A DNA stretch of 64,000 bases from assembly GCF_002105155.1 (NCBI RefSeq), contig NW_019029005.1:310001-374000 (forward strand). The letters are read 5' to 3'. Below, piece by piece: positions 13,525 through 26,159 of this stretch. The notes below the pieces were generated by a model. That model was not told the origin of the DNA and did not search any database. It worked only from the letters and a program-made list of their open reading frames with translations. Position numbers and translations under genes: made by a program. The stretch comes from Lobosporangium transversale. Lineage: Eukaryota. Each line of letters begins with the position of its first letter. Position 1 is the first letter of the stretch.

Positions 13525-15887
13525 TTATACCACATTGTTTCCTGTTGATGCTTGGTCATCTTGAGCTGCAACAGGTTCGATTGAGCTGGCAGGCGGATCA
13601 ACTGTGCTTGTTCCTACAATGGCTGCCATGGCTGCCATTACAGCTTCTGGCGCAGGTGCTGAAGGATCTGAGATATTATTGTTTGAATTGGCCAGCGGCG
13701 CGGTCGCCATTTCATGCTCCGCCTCGGCAGCATTGGAGTTTTTATCGGCCACGACAGGTGCTGTCTCTGTAACAGGTGTAGACGATTCTGTTCCCTTGTC
13801 TACGCTCGTGTTCAAAATCTCGCCATGTTCCTGTGCCTTTTCCATCATGTTTATATTGTTTGATGAGCTTTACTGATCTTTCAACGATTTTGTGAGGGTC
13901 CTGGCTGAACTGAAGTGCCGAGATCTTTTTCATTAATCGACCAATTTTGGTATCCTAACGAAAAATGAAAAAGCAACATTACAATATGTTCATATCTTTC
14001 TGCTTGTGAATTTTGAAACTATATATATACAAGGATACTTGATATACCTTAAGCATTTGTAAATCAATGTCAAATGCTTCTACTTCGGCGAGGATTGGGT
14101 CCGCACGCTCCAGATTCTAGTAGCGTAAGGATAGGAGGATATTAGATTAGGGTACCCAATAAGAAAGAGAAAAAGCAAATGTTTTTTTTTATACCTGAAT
14201 CAAAACATCGTCTGAAAGGCCTTCCACCAGAAGCAATTTCTGCAGCTTATGTCGGAGTTTCAGAAGACGCTCGCTGGGCTGGCCACCTATTTTATTTCCA
14301 AAAGATGTTATTAGCTTGATATAATGCGAACACTTTCTCTCATCGCTCAAAATATTGACGCAGAACTATGGCATACTCTTAATCCTCTTCTTTGCTCTCA
14401 AGTCTCCCGCGTCCCCTGCGTCATCTTCCGATTGTTTCGTACGTCCATTGCTTGTATCTCCAATGCTAATATCATCATCCACGCTCTTGAAGTCTGACTC
14501 GAGGCGGGAGCGAGGCGCACTTGCCGTTCGCTTAATGGAAGGCTAGAGGCACGGAGGTCAATGTGTCAATAATAAACAATGATCCCGGAAATAGTTCTAA
14601 TTATGCCATGACCCAGCTATTTTTAGTATATCCCAAACTGCATTACACACACCTTGGCTAACTCATTATTATCATCTTCAACCGATGCCGTCTTCTTGGA
14701 GACCTTTCTTTTTGCAGTTTGGTCCTCTGAAGTGCTTGGTCGTCTTTTCTTCTCCACATTAGTCTGGCCTTTTTGTGTCGTTCTTTTGGTCTTTCGGAGG
14801 CATTCGTCTTGGATGGTGTTGCTGCTACTTGATCGTCGTCATCGTCGTCATCTTCCTCGGCATCGCCTGTAATTCGATGTGCGATAATACTTGGATCTAA
14901 AGCCTCACCCAGTGCAGTCCTTAAAGCACTCCCTCTCTTGAGAGTTGACTTTGTTTTCTCAGCTGAGGCAGGATCAAATGGTTTGAGTTCTGTGGTCCCG
15001 AACCAGCCACTAAGATAAAGGCAGAAAGAAGAATTGCAAGGCAATGTCAGAAACAGGAGTAATAGTGAAACCATAAGAACGCCCTATTGCCGGCTTTCTA
15101 AACGAAGAGAAGGGAACTTTATCTTCTGCTCAGTGTCCAAGGATAAAAAGAAGGATAGCTGTGCAAAAAAAAGACAGATGTCAAAATAGTCAAGACTTAA
15201 TCTCTGCTGCCAGTTCCTCACATCTATCTTCCATTGCAATCCGTACTTCCAGTGCTATCTCCTGATACTGCTCAGCAGCTTAAATGGCTATTAGGCAGTA
15301 TACAGCCACCATCTTCCTCTTTCTCTCTCTCTCTTTCTCAAAAAATAAGCATAGCGATGCTGTTCATCCACGCAACTCTTTGATTGCCGACCATGCTACA
15401 AGAAACACTACTGGTTTGTAATAATATAGTGTGGTCGAAAGCATTCCAACACTTTTCCAATCTAGCGTTGTTCTTGACTCTGGTCTTTGCTGCTAGACGT
15501 ATCGAGAGGTGTTTTTAAGAGCTCGCAACAGTCCGACGCGAAAACTACTTACTAGTCGTATGAACCAAAGAAAAAAAACTGGCCAAATGGGTCTCTGTTT
15601 TGGTTTCTTGCTACTAACATTGACTGGTAGGTCCTGTTCATTCTCAATCTACAAGTACATCCCATGGCAGCAATTAAAGAAAAAAAAAAAAAAAAAGCCA
15701 ATAACAGGATATTGTCAACATTGGTTTCTGTTCAGGTGTACTTTTCCTATGAAGAAATAGTGTGCATTCATTGCTCTTTTTTTTTTCTTTTTCTTTTTCT
15801 TTTTTTCCTTACACGCGCTGGCCACCAAGGATATCCCTTGAGTTTGGCAAAGACGGTGGTTCCAACGGGGTAAAGGTTTTCTGTCAT
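13525..15887 (-). CDS. PWWP-domain chromatin protein
   Basis: Exon 1 MTENLYPVGTTVFAKLKGYPWWPAR; exon 2 IWPVFFFGSYDY; exon 3 GWFGTTELKPF; C-terminal LRHKLQKLLL and MLKDTKIGRLMKKI. Confidence 0.85.
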
Positions 15888-16058
15888 GTTGCCACTAAGA
15901 TGAAGACCAGTTCAGCAATGTGTGTCCAATGTTTTTTAACAGGGTTTACGCGGTCGATCAAGATGAATGCTGCTCTGGTTCCGTGCGTGGTCCTGATGCT
16001 TGCTGTGCAAAAAGGTGGAGTGCAAGCAAAAATAGAGCTAAAGAGAATAAGGTCCTCT

Positions 16059-16094
<36 letters not shown>

Positions 16095-16261
16095 CCCGCT
16101 GGGGGCAGTGACCAGTGACGTGCTTCATTGCTTTTGACTCAAATCCCTTCCTCTATCTCTCCTATCAGCAAAAATGACATTCTCCTGGAACAAGGTTGCA
16201 TCAATGGTGTACAAACATTTTTATACATTTTTTATGTAGGATCACAACAATGAAAATAATT

Positions 16262-17350
16262 CTACGGCGCTGAGTTGCCAGAGATACCAGTCATGGTCAT
16301 GTCACCAGACGCATTTTCGTCTATCAATGGCGATCTGGGTAAGGTTACATTTGTCAGGCTGATAGATGTCGCGCCTGTTCCTGCGCCAGAGGAAGAAGAC
16401 CCTCCATTGGTATTCAATGAAGAAGGCCCTGCCCCTGCTGATGAAGAGGACCCAGCATGGCCACTACTGCTTCCAGAGATATTGTTCTCTGGTACTGCTC
16501 CCGCTGCTCCCGCTGCAGTAGCGTTTTCCACAAGTTGGACTTGGCCATCCATGACACGCTTAAATGTTTCCAAGACTTTTGTATTGTATCCTTTGCATTT
16601 ATCGCATTTGTGATACAGGAAATGGTATGGTGCCTCGGACTTAACCTCACAGTCGTTTACAGAGAACAACAGAAAAGATATTTGCATACTCTGGAGGCAT
16701 TGTCTGCTCTGCAAGTAGCGAGTCAATCTTTGAGTAGTATGCTGACATGTCGCCTAATGATTTCCAGCATGTAGGGCACTGGTACGAGATTTTGATGTAG
16801 TTCCTCATGACACTTCGAATGGATACAATGACCACATGCTAATAAAGCAAAATACGAGGATATAGAATATGTTTCATGATCTCAATCCATGCATGAGTAT
16901 CCAGCATTCAACTTGTCGTTAAAGTGATACGTACCATAAAAATAACTGTTGTCGTACTCGTGAACATGTAATTCGCCGCAGATTGGGCAATCACATTCTA
17001 AATTCCTCTCAATACACTTGTGATTGTTCTGGAGCTGAATATTCATACACACATTACACTTTTGGCAGTGAAAGTAATCTCGTCCAAGTCCTTGTCCTAT
17101 CCTGCAGATGCCACATCTTCACAGTGATAGATATTTTTCTTGATGTCATCATCCCAAAGCTACAAACATCGCAATAATAATTTGCTAGTTTAGTCTTGCA
17201 AGAACTACAGTTTTGCGCGGCTGCCTGAATTGTCTGGCAATGCATGCAAAGCATCATTTTCGTCTCGCTCCTAAAACCAATAATACATTCGATGAGTAAA
17301 GCAATAAGACACTGATGCAAGATGAATACAAAAGACCAAAAGGTGAAAGG

Positions 17351-17386
<36 letters not shown>

Positions 17387-18436
17387 GCAGAGACTAATTT
17401 AGCGCCATCTTACCTGACGATTGCGTGGTCACTGGCGTCATCGTGGCAAAACCTACAGTTGAACCATTTGCCACAACAGTTGGCCTTGAGTTTGCACCCT
17501 CGCATATAGTGTTTGCATCCCAACTGATTTAATTCTTCATTCTAGAGTAAAATTTAGTGTGACAGAAAGTTAGACTCGAAGTCTTCGAAACTTGATCACA
17601 AAGTCCACTGAATGGCAAGAGCACATACATAATATGTCTTTTTCAAATCGTCTGCCCCAGCCTCGCCGCTTTGATTGTCTGATGAGCGTTGCGAGTCATG
17701 CCACTTGGACGACATAAGTTTCTAAACAAAACACAAGGAAGCAAAGAGATATCAGACGATGGTGAAAGTAAGCATAATGAAACTGACAAAACAAAACAAA
17801 AACAAAAGAAAACAATATTGAACAACAGCGGCAAGATGTACATCTTGATATGCATAATATACCTGTATCATTCCAGCCTTGTCTGCAAATTTGATATTGG
17901 GATCTCTTTGGATATCCATGATCTTGCGCCTCAGCTCGTTCTGAGCTTTCTCATCCACAACTGGGACGGATACTGTCCTTCCTGATGTAGCAGCAACAGC
18001 AGCTGTAGGTCCTAATCTTAATTCGTTGCTCGATATATTCGTAGAATCCGAGCTACTTCCTGTTCGCAATACAGTAGCCGATTGTGAGTTTTCAGTGTCA
18101 TTTCTAGATGGGTGATCCTCATTGTTTGCACGGCCATTTAACATCCGCATCTACATCTTCCTCGTCTTCTTCCTCTTCTTCGTCTTCGTCTTCGTCTTCG
18201 TCTTCATCCTCATCCTCATCCACATCCATGTCATTTCCTAATTGATCAACTACCGTTTCATAGCGGTTTCCTGGATTTTCGCTAACAAGAGATTGTATAT
18301 TATGGTTTTGTGAGCCCATAGTTGTGGACTGGAGGTTTGTCTGATGATTGTGATCAGAGGAGCTGGTGGTACTATCCATTGCTTCAAAGTGGAGTGTATC
18401 AAGAGCGTCACTGTATATACTTGGAGTTCTGGACAT
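16262..18436 (-). CDS. RCHY1: CHY zinc finger / RING E3 ligase (Pirh2/RCHY1 family)
   Basis: GCKHYMRGCKLKANCCGKWFNCRFCHD, CMHCQTIQ..CSSC..YYCDVC, YQCPTCWKSLGDM, YHFLYHKCDKCKGYNT; acidic repeat in the N-terminus. Confidence 0.9.
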
Positions 18437-18768
18437 GACTAGACGCAATTTGTTTTGTAAATGAATGTGTATAAAGTGCAGTGAGTGAAGTGATTGTTAA
18501 GAAGGTGATGATGCAAAACTGACGACGTGAGTGGAGAGTTTATTGCAAACATGTCTGATAAGGGAAAAAAAAAAAAAAAAAAAAAAAAAAAGTCACGAAT
18601 GAACTGCAACCAAACGATTTTGCTTTATTCTCCAATTGTGAGGCCCACTATGTCTCCGTTCTTCCTTAGCACCCACCAATCCGTCTACATCTAGAAATCC
18701 TTCGAAAGAAAACCTCATAAGCCCCGAATTTGTGTGAAAGGCTATCCTGTCCACCGTGGGATCCATCT

Positions 18769-19075
18769 GCTATGACCTACATTCCCCGACCAAAAGGAAA
18801 GAGGTAATAGCGAGCAGAAAATGCAAGGCAGGTTTTTGAAAGATAAAATGATCGAAAGATAGGATTGAAATAAACAGAATAAAATAAAAGGAAAAGAAAA
18901 TGAAGCAATCCAAAATTGCAGTAGCGCAGTAATGCCTTGCGATATGTAGCTTCCCGACCAAAAGAAGACCACATATCATGACATTACTCTGTTGTCGAGA
19001 GAATAGTAGTCCAGCCGTTCGAAAGTATTGTTAGATTCAGTAGTTGCAGCTTCCCGACCAAAAGAAGAAGCACCT
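18769..19075 (-). promoter_or_regulatory. Three conserved RNA hairpins (core YUYCUUUUGGUCGGGRA) downstream of the CPS stop codon
   Basis: Copies at ~18769-18811, 18928-18988 and 19042-19074; compensatory stem change CUUCU/GGAAG vs UUCCU/GGGAA; G-U pairs favour minus-strand folding. Confidence 0.65.
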
Positions 19076-19249
19076 TAGGAAACCAACTTGTACTTCGAAT
19101 TAAAAAAAGGAGTGATGTTGATGCAATTAAAAAATAAAAAAGGAAAAAAAAAAAAATAGAAAAAGAAAAAGAAAAAAAAGAAAAAAAGAAAAATAAAAAA
19201 AATAAAATAAAAAAAAAAAAAAAAAGATGGCTAATAAATACATCCATCC

Positions 19250-21635
19250 TTAATAACGACCACCAACAAACTCGGCCCAGGATTTGACCTCAGGAGGAAT
19301 TTTGGATCCATCCTTGCTCTGTGCCAACGTTGCCTTACGCTCTGCACTTTTGTTAAGGGAATCAACAAACAGGACCCGCATTTCTCATCGTTGATAAGAG
19401 AGATTCCTGCATCTACACCAGCACGACGAATCATATACTCTTTATCCGCCACATTCTGGGCACGATTCCGTGCAAGTGAAATCACCATCTGAACGTTCTC
19501 CTTCGCCATAGTCTTATGCATCAATGGCAACGAATTAGGCGAATCAACTAACTTGCAGGAGACACCCGACGCGTCCAAGATCTCTGTGTGTGCTTAGACA
19601 TGGTTACGATGTTGACACCATATTTTTGAAGTCCTTGTCCGTTTTAGCCAAATCGCCCGAGGTAGTCAAGTCATCCGAGCTCAGCAAGACACTTGAATTG
19701 GGGGCAGGCAATTTGAAATTTTGTACACTCTGAATTGCAGCAAGGTAAGCCTCCTCCTTGTCACGTCCAAAGCAGGCTACCTCACCCGTTGACGCCATCT
19801 CAACTCCCAAGAATGGATCAGCACCACCAAGACGAGTCCAAGAGAATTGTGGGACCTTGACAGTTGGTAGTTGTAATCTTTAGCCATCAAGTCTTCAGGG
19901 CAGGTACATCTGTATCACAGAGGGCATGGGTGGCAGTGGTGATGAAATTGTGACCAAGAACTTTGGAGACAAAGGGAAAGATCGAGAAGCACGAATATTA
20001 CATTCAATAACCTTCAAAATGGGTTCCTGGTTGGCATTATCAGAAGTCGCAGGCTTGTGAATAATCTGCATATTGAAAGGGCCGGTGATTTGGAATGCTT
20101 TTGCAACCTGCTCTGCAATTGTCTTCAGTTTGTCCTTGGTTTCGTTCTTGAGGTCACGCGTGGGAAGAACCAATGTAGCATCCCCAGAGTGGACTCCGGC
20201 GTTCTCAACATGCTGAGAGATGGCGTGAACAAACAAGCTTTCCATTGTGGGCAACGGCATCGACGTCAATCTCTTGTGCCCCAGAAATAAACTTGGTGAT
20301 GACAACAGGGTGCAGAGGTGAAACTTCTGCAGCAAAAGTGAGACAGCGGTGCAAGGCTTCGGGAGTGTGGACAACGTTCATAGCGGCGCCAGAGAGGACA
20401 TAGGAAGGACGGATGAGTACAGGATAGCCGACCTGCTCCGCAAAAGTGGACGCTTGGTCTAGAGAAGTCAGCTCCTTCCACTCGGGCTGATCCACTCCAA
20501 TTGAATCGAGGATTTTGCTGAACTTGTAGCGATCCTCAGCGGCGTCAATCATAACAGGAGATGTACCCAGGACATTGGCGTTATTTTCGTGAAGGCGGAG
20601 GGCAATGTTCTGAGGAAGTTGCCCTCCAACGGAGACAACAACGCCTTGTGCCGACTCCTGCTCATAGATATCCATGACACGCTCGTAAGACAGCTCCTCA
20701 AAATAAAGGCGATCACATTCATCAAAATCGGTTGAAACTGTCTCAGGGTTGTAGTTGACCATAACAGTCTTCTTTCCAAGCTCGCGAAAGAGCGCGAATG
20801 CATGAAACGCCGCACCAATCAAACTCAACCGATGATCCGATTCTGTAGACACCAGAGCCCAAGACCATGGTGCCCTTATCATTGAATTCAACATCATGTG
20901 AAGAAGCGTTGTATGTGGTGTATAAATAGTTGGTATCGGCAGGGAATTCAGCGGCGAGTGTATCGATGCGTTTCACGAAAGGTGTAATGCCCATTTGTTT
21001 ACGAGCCTTGCGGATAGTGTCTTCTGTAGTCTTCTGTTGCAACAATCCTGCAATCTGAGCATCAGAGAAGCCTTTGCGCTTCGCCTCGTGCAGAAGCTCA
21101 AAGGGAAGGTTCTGAACATTGAACTTTCCAAGTTCTTTATGAACAGCTACAATGTTTGATAACTTGTGGAGGAACCACTTATCGATCTTGGTGATATTGT
21201 GGACTTGATCAACGGTGTAGCCCTTGTTTAACATAGCATCACCAACTGCGAAGAGGCGGCGATCAGTGGGGTTAGCCAAGACTTTATCGACATCTGGAAA
21301 TTCTAGAGCCTGGAATCCTTTGAACTGAGGGTCAACCTGACGAATTGCTTTTTGGAAAGACTCTTCAAACGTACGTCCGATAGCCATGACCTCGCCGACA
21401 GACTTCATAGACGAGCCAATTTCGCGAGAAACGTGCTGGAATTTTGCCAAGTCCCAGCGAGGGATCTTTGTAACAATATAATCCAAAGATGGTTCAAAGC
21501 AAGCAGTTGTAGTCTTAGTGACAGAATTACGAAGGTTGGGAAGTGTATGACCCAAAGCGATCTTGGCGGCGATGAACGCCAGAGGATATCCAGTTGCCTT
21601 GGATGCCAAAGCACTAATTTATAGAGTAGTTCAGT

Positions 21636-21666
<31 letters not shown>

Positions 21667-23216
21667 CGATAGATTCCAATTCTACAAGTGATGGCCTTAC
21701 CTTGAGCGACTGAGACGAGCATTGACCTCAATGACCTTGTACTCTAAGCTCTCAGGGTGTAGAGCATATTGGACGTTACATTCTCCAACCACCCCTAAAT
21801 GACGGATGATCTTGATGCAGCAGTACGCAACATATGATATTCCTCATCACTCAAAGTCTGGGACGGCGCAACGACAATCGAGTCTCCAGTGTGGGTGCCA
21901 AGGGGATCAAAGTTTTCCATGTTACAAACAGTGATACAGTTGTTTGCTGCATCACGCACTACCTCGTACTCTACTCCTTCCATCCCTTCATAGACTTTTC
22001 GACCAGAATCTGGGCTGAAAGAGTCAAGGACTTTGTTCCGAGAGAGCATAAGCTCGGCAGCATTGGCAGCAAAACCGGAGCCTAGACCTCCAAGAGAGAA
22101 TGCCGATCGAAGATGACAGGGTAAGCCGATCTCCTCGGCTGCAGCCAAAGCATCCTATTATATACAACTGCAACAGATTGGGGCGACAGGGATATCGATT
22201 TCTAAGTTGATTTGAAGTCGAGAGGGGGGGGGGGAGAAACAGATAAGAGGGTGTGACTATATCAGCTACAAACAGTATGTCCAAGAATTCAATATACTTT
22301 ACCATTCAGAGCCTTGGCAAAGAGGTCGCGATCTTCACTGACGAGCAGAGTGCGGATGGGAGTACCGAGTACCTTGACGTTCAAGCGGTCAAAGACGCCC
22401 ATCTTGTCGAGTTGGATACCACAATTGAGCGCTGTTTGTCCACCGAAGGTCAGAAGAATGCCATCAGGTCGCTCGGCTCGATGATGTACTCGATATATTC
22501 GGGAGTGACAGGTAAAAAGTAGACAGTATCTGCGAGGGCATGAGACGTCTGAATAGTGGCAATGTTAGGGTTGACAAGTACAGTTTGAATATTAGACTCT
22601 TTGAGGGCCTTAATTGCCTGGGAACCTAATCGAAAAAAAAGGTCGAAATGAAATCATGTCAGTTATTTAAGAGACGAAAGATCGTTCGCTGATCTTTTTT
22701 CTTTTTTACAAAGCCATCATGAGACTTTCATCTCTTACCTGAATAGTCAAACTCGCCAGCTTGTCCAATTGTCAGACCACCAGAGCCCACAACTAGGACC
22801 TTCTTGACCTCCACTAGAGGCACATCTGCTAGAATCGCTTCTGACACGAGCTTCTTGGTTGTAGTCTTATCAGCTACCGAACCAGAGCTTCGGTGTTCCT
22901 GATGGTTCTCACGGGTCATGGAGAACCATCGTGCTTGAGAACTAGCCATAGATTTGATACCGATCTGTTTGGAAATAGCGGTCTTGTGGACGCTTGATCG
23001 TAAGGATAAAAGTGGCATAGGGATGGAAGAGCGAAGGCTTCCATGTGCAGGGCTAGTCGCTTGATGGAACATAGCTTTCGTGGACAGAAGCGGGAGTGGA
23101 GAAGAATTAATGTTTTTTGAGGCGCGCTGAACCGAGATCAACGAATTGGAGAGGAGAGCAGAAGAGCCCTTGACGGAAACCGCCTTGGGAGCTTTGTTGT
23201 AGAGTTGCTTATACAT
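19250..23216 (-). CDS. CPA2: Carbamoyl-phosphate synthetase large chain, arginine-specific type with a mitochondrial-like presequence
   Basis: [96 protein letters not shown]; no glutaminase/ATCase domains; frameshift-corrected end [12 protein letters not shown]. Confidence 0.95.
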
Positions 23217-23234
23217 GATTGATGATTAATAGAA

Positions 23235-23315
23235 ATCCTTTTGGTCGCTTGGATGTAGGTTTTGCAAAGTGGAATGGTCCTTCTCGTAAAGATGATACTT
23301 GGTCGAATATCAATC
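23235..23315 (-). promoter_or_regulatory. Three GACCA-loop hairpins in the CPS 5' leader
   Basis: mRNA sense: UGAUAUU-CGACCA-AGUAUCA (23312-23293), GAA-GGACCA-UUC (23283-23272), AUCC-AAGCGACCAAAA-GGAU (23254-23235); candidate TATAAA at 23420-23415. Confidence 0.55.
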
Positions 23316-24045
23316 AGTACTGAAAGGCAGAGGTGGAAGCCGGTGAATGGAAGGTGGGGCGGTGAAGAAGAAAAAAAAAAAGAAAAAAAAGAAGAAAAGG
23401 GTGTGGTTGAGTGCTTTATATGAATCGTACATCAAGATCAAAGACTCACCAGATAAGATTTCGAGTCTATTAAGGGCCATTGGCACATAATGATCTGGAG
23501 TGAGTAATAAATTCAAAAAAAAAAAGAGCAGATCTTTCATTTTGAAAGTTGGTTGTTGTTAATGATATTAGACTGTAAGTAGAAGACATCTTCACCTGAC
23601 TTTTATGTATATCTATATTTTTATTTTTTTTTTTTTTATTTTTTTTTTTTGGCGGCAATTAGTCTTCGTCATCATTCATATCTGCAGGATGAATGACATG
23701 AAGCGTGCAAAAGTTGTCGCTCCTGCTGAACAAATCCTTTGGCATGGGGACATTTCAGCCATCCAATTGTTGTGGGATACAAGGACAGGCACAAGGTCAC
23801 AGGCCCTTTCTCTACAGACTAAAAAAAGCATGCTCACGGTAATACAAAAAAAACCCCAACTCTACTCCTCACTCCTACTTTAACTCTCGTACTTCCTTCT
23901 CTTGCTTCTGTTCGCTACTCTTCTCTACTCTCTTCTTCGTCACCGCTTTACTTTTTTTTTTTTTCTTTATTTTTTATTTTTTTTTTGGATCTTTTTTTTT
24001 GGCATCCCTTCTTCCAGTCCACTTCTCATTAATCTATTCCTTGCC

Positions 24046-25983
24046 ATGACTGATCTCAATAACACTAACGGTTCTCCTATTGATGGCGAAGACACTGAGG
24101 TTGTAGATGAGGGTAACCGTAGCATCCTCATGGACATCATCTCCCAGCTCAGCAAAGGCGGCGACCTTCATCGCGTTACTCTTCCAACCTTTGTTCTCGA
24201 ACCCGTAGCATGTTGGAACGTATTACCGATTTCATGTCCCACCCTGAACTCATCATCAAGTAAGCTCGGAAACATTTTACCACACAATTAGACTTTTTTT
24301 TATTCTTAATTTTATAATGCAATTCGCATGTTGATGGCAATTTGCTGCATATTTATTTCTTTACTTTTGGCAACTATGGATGTGGGATTGCATTATTATC
24401 CCAAGATATTGATAACTATGAAGCTTTTTGACAACATGCTTTTTTTCTTTTTGTCCCAATATCTTGGCCTCCCCCGCCCCTTTTTCTCTATTTTATTTTA
24501 TTTTAAGCAATTATGGTTGTACAGTTTACTTTGGATAGTGATTGCTTACTTTGTTCAATTTTTCCATTGCGACTCTAGAGCCAACCAACTTGAGGATCCT
24601 GTGGAGAGATTTGTATCCGTGACCGCTATTTCTTGTCAGGCTGGCACATTAAGCCCAAGGTAAGCTAGTGAAGTATTAGACAATCGCTTCAAGCGCGCAA
24701 AACGCAAGACATGGTGGTCTTTATAATTTTCTATTTTTTAGTTTAGTTTGTGTCTATCAAACATTCTCTAACTATTATTACTTCAATGTTTTTTTAGGGT
24801 GTGAAAAAGCCATATAACCCTATTCTAGGCGAACATTTCCGTGCAAAATGGGAATTCGCAGACGGTACAGAGGCATTTTATGTGGCAGAACAATTTCGCA
24901 TCATCCTCCTATTTCGGTTTACTACTATGCCAGCCCAGAGAATAATCTCAGGATTGTTGGTGATCTTTTGCCTAAATCCAAATTTCTTGGCAACAGCGCG
25001 GCAACGTTAATGCAGGGTGAGATTAATGTCTCATTTACGAACCGTCCTGGCGAGGAATACCTCATTACTATGCCAAATGTCTATGCTAGGGGTATTTTGT
25101 TTGGTACGATGTTGATGGAGTTAGGAGACGTTGCAACTGTAAAGTGTTCGAAATTAGATCTTATTTGCTCTCTTGAGTTTAAAGTGAAGGTACGCAGCTT
25201 AGTGTTTCATGATACTAATCGCTCCGAGATAACTAGAGAGGATAGCTTGGAACTTGTCGACTTAAAGGTCATATATCAATGTTTTTAGGGGTACTTCACG
25301 GGCTCTTACAATGGCATCTCAGGAAAAATCAAACGCATCTCCACAGGGGAGGTTCTTTATGAAATTTCTGGAAAGTGGTCCAACGAAATCTATATTTCTA
25401 AGAAGGTACAAGAATAAGAATGAAGCAAAGGATAAAAGTTTTTTTTTTTTTTTTTTTTTTTGCGGGCCTTTATAGATCTTTTATCGTACTAAGTTACTTT
25501 ATATGGCATAATAGGGCAACAATAAGGAGGTTTATTTTGATGTTAAGACAGCCAGAATCCATCCAAAGATCGTCGCGCCTGAAGATCAACAAGAGTGGAA
25601 CGAATCGCGTCGCCTTTGGAGCAAACTGACTGCAGCTCTAAAAGTTAATAACCAATCACTGGCAACAGAGGAGAAAAGCAAGGTCGAGGACGCCCAACGA
25701 CTCAAATCAAGGGAGCGCGAAGAGAAGGGAACCACGCATGTTTCCAGATATTTTGAGCCGAATGGTGACGGATTCGACCTTAGACTGAAAAAGTAAGTTC
25801 AAATTGAACTGGAGCTGTCATCCATTACACTCAGCGTCCAACGACAATACAGAGTGTTCGTATTCAACATGCCTTTTTTCTTCTGTTCTATCTATTATTA
25901 TTATTAGTATATCATCTGATCCGCAGGTGGCCAAGTCGCAGATTGAGAACTTTATTTTCAATACGCCTGCGCCTCCATCTTAA
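24046..25983 (+). CDS. Oxysterol-binding protein homolog (Osh6/7-like)
   Basis: GGDLHRVTLPTFVLEP, KKPYNPILGEHF, SHHPP, MPNVYARGILFG, ESRRLWS; several introns. Confidence 0.9.
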
Positions 25984-26159
25984 TGAATAATAACCTACAG
26001 CCTGCTCGGTATAGTTGATCTAATAAAGAGCAGACGTTGATACAGAGCAAAGAGAGTGAATTCGAGCTAGAGCTTTAGAACTATAGTATATATGAGTGTT
26101 GCGAAAAGATCAATATATTTTTCGAATTCATTTATTATTATACAGAGGAAGGACATTTA

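Noticed and set aside
14031..14038. GTATCCTT (U12-type donor) on the minus strand in the PWWP gene
   Set aside because: The reading frame (QMLK/DTKIGR) is joined by the upstream GTATAT donor; the motif is intron-internal.
18769..19075. Spaced repeats as a CRISPR-like array or IRE
   Set aside because: Eukaryotic context, only an 11-nt invariant core, unequal spacing and no cas genes; the loop is not CAGUGN and the bulge is not C.
23469..23495. DHYVPMALN resembling the arginine attenuator peptide (DHLWRALN) upstream of CPS
   Set aside because: It lacks the essential Trp and the DY motif, has different spacing, lies upstream of the candidate TATA box, and the AAP belongs to the small-subunit gene.
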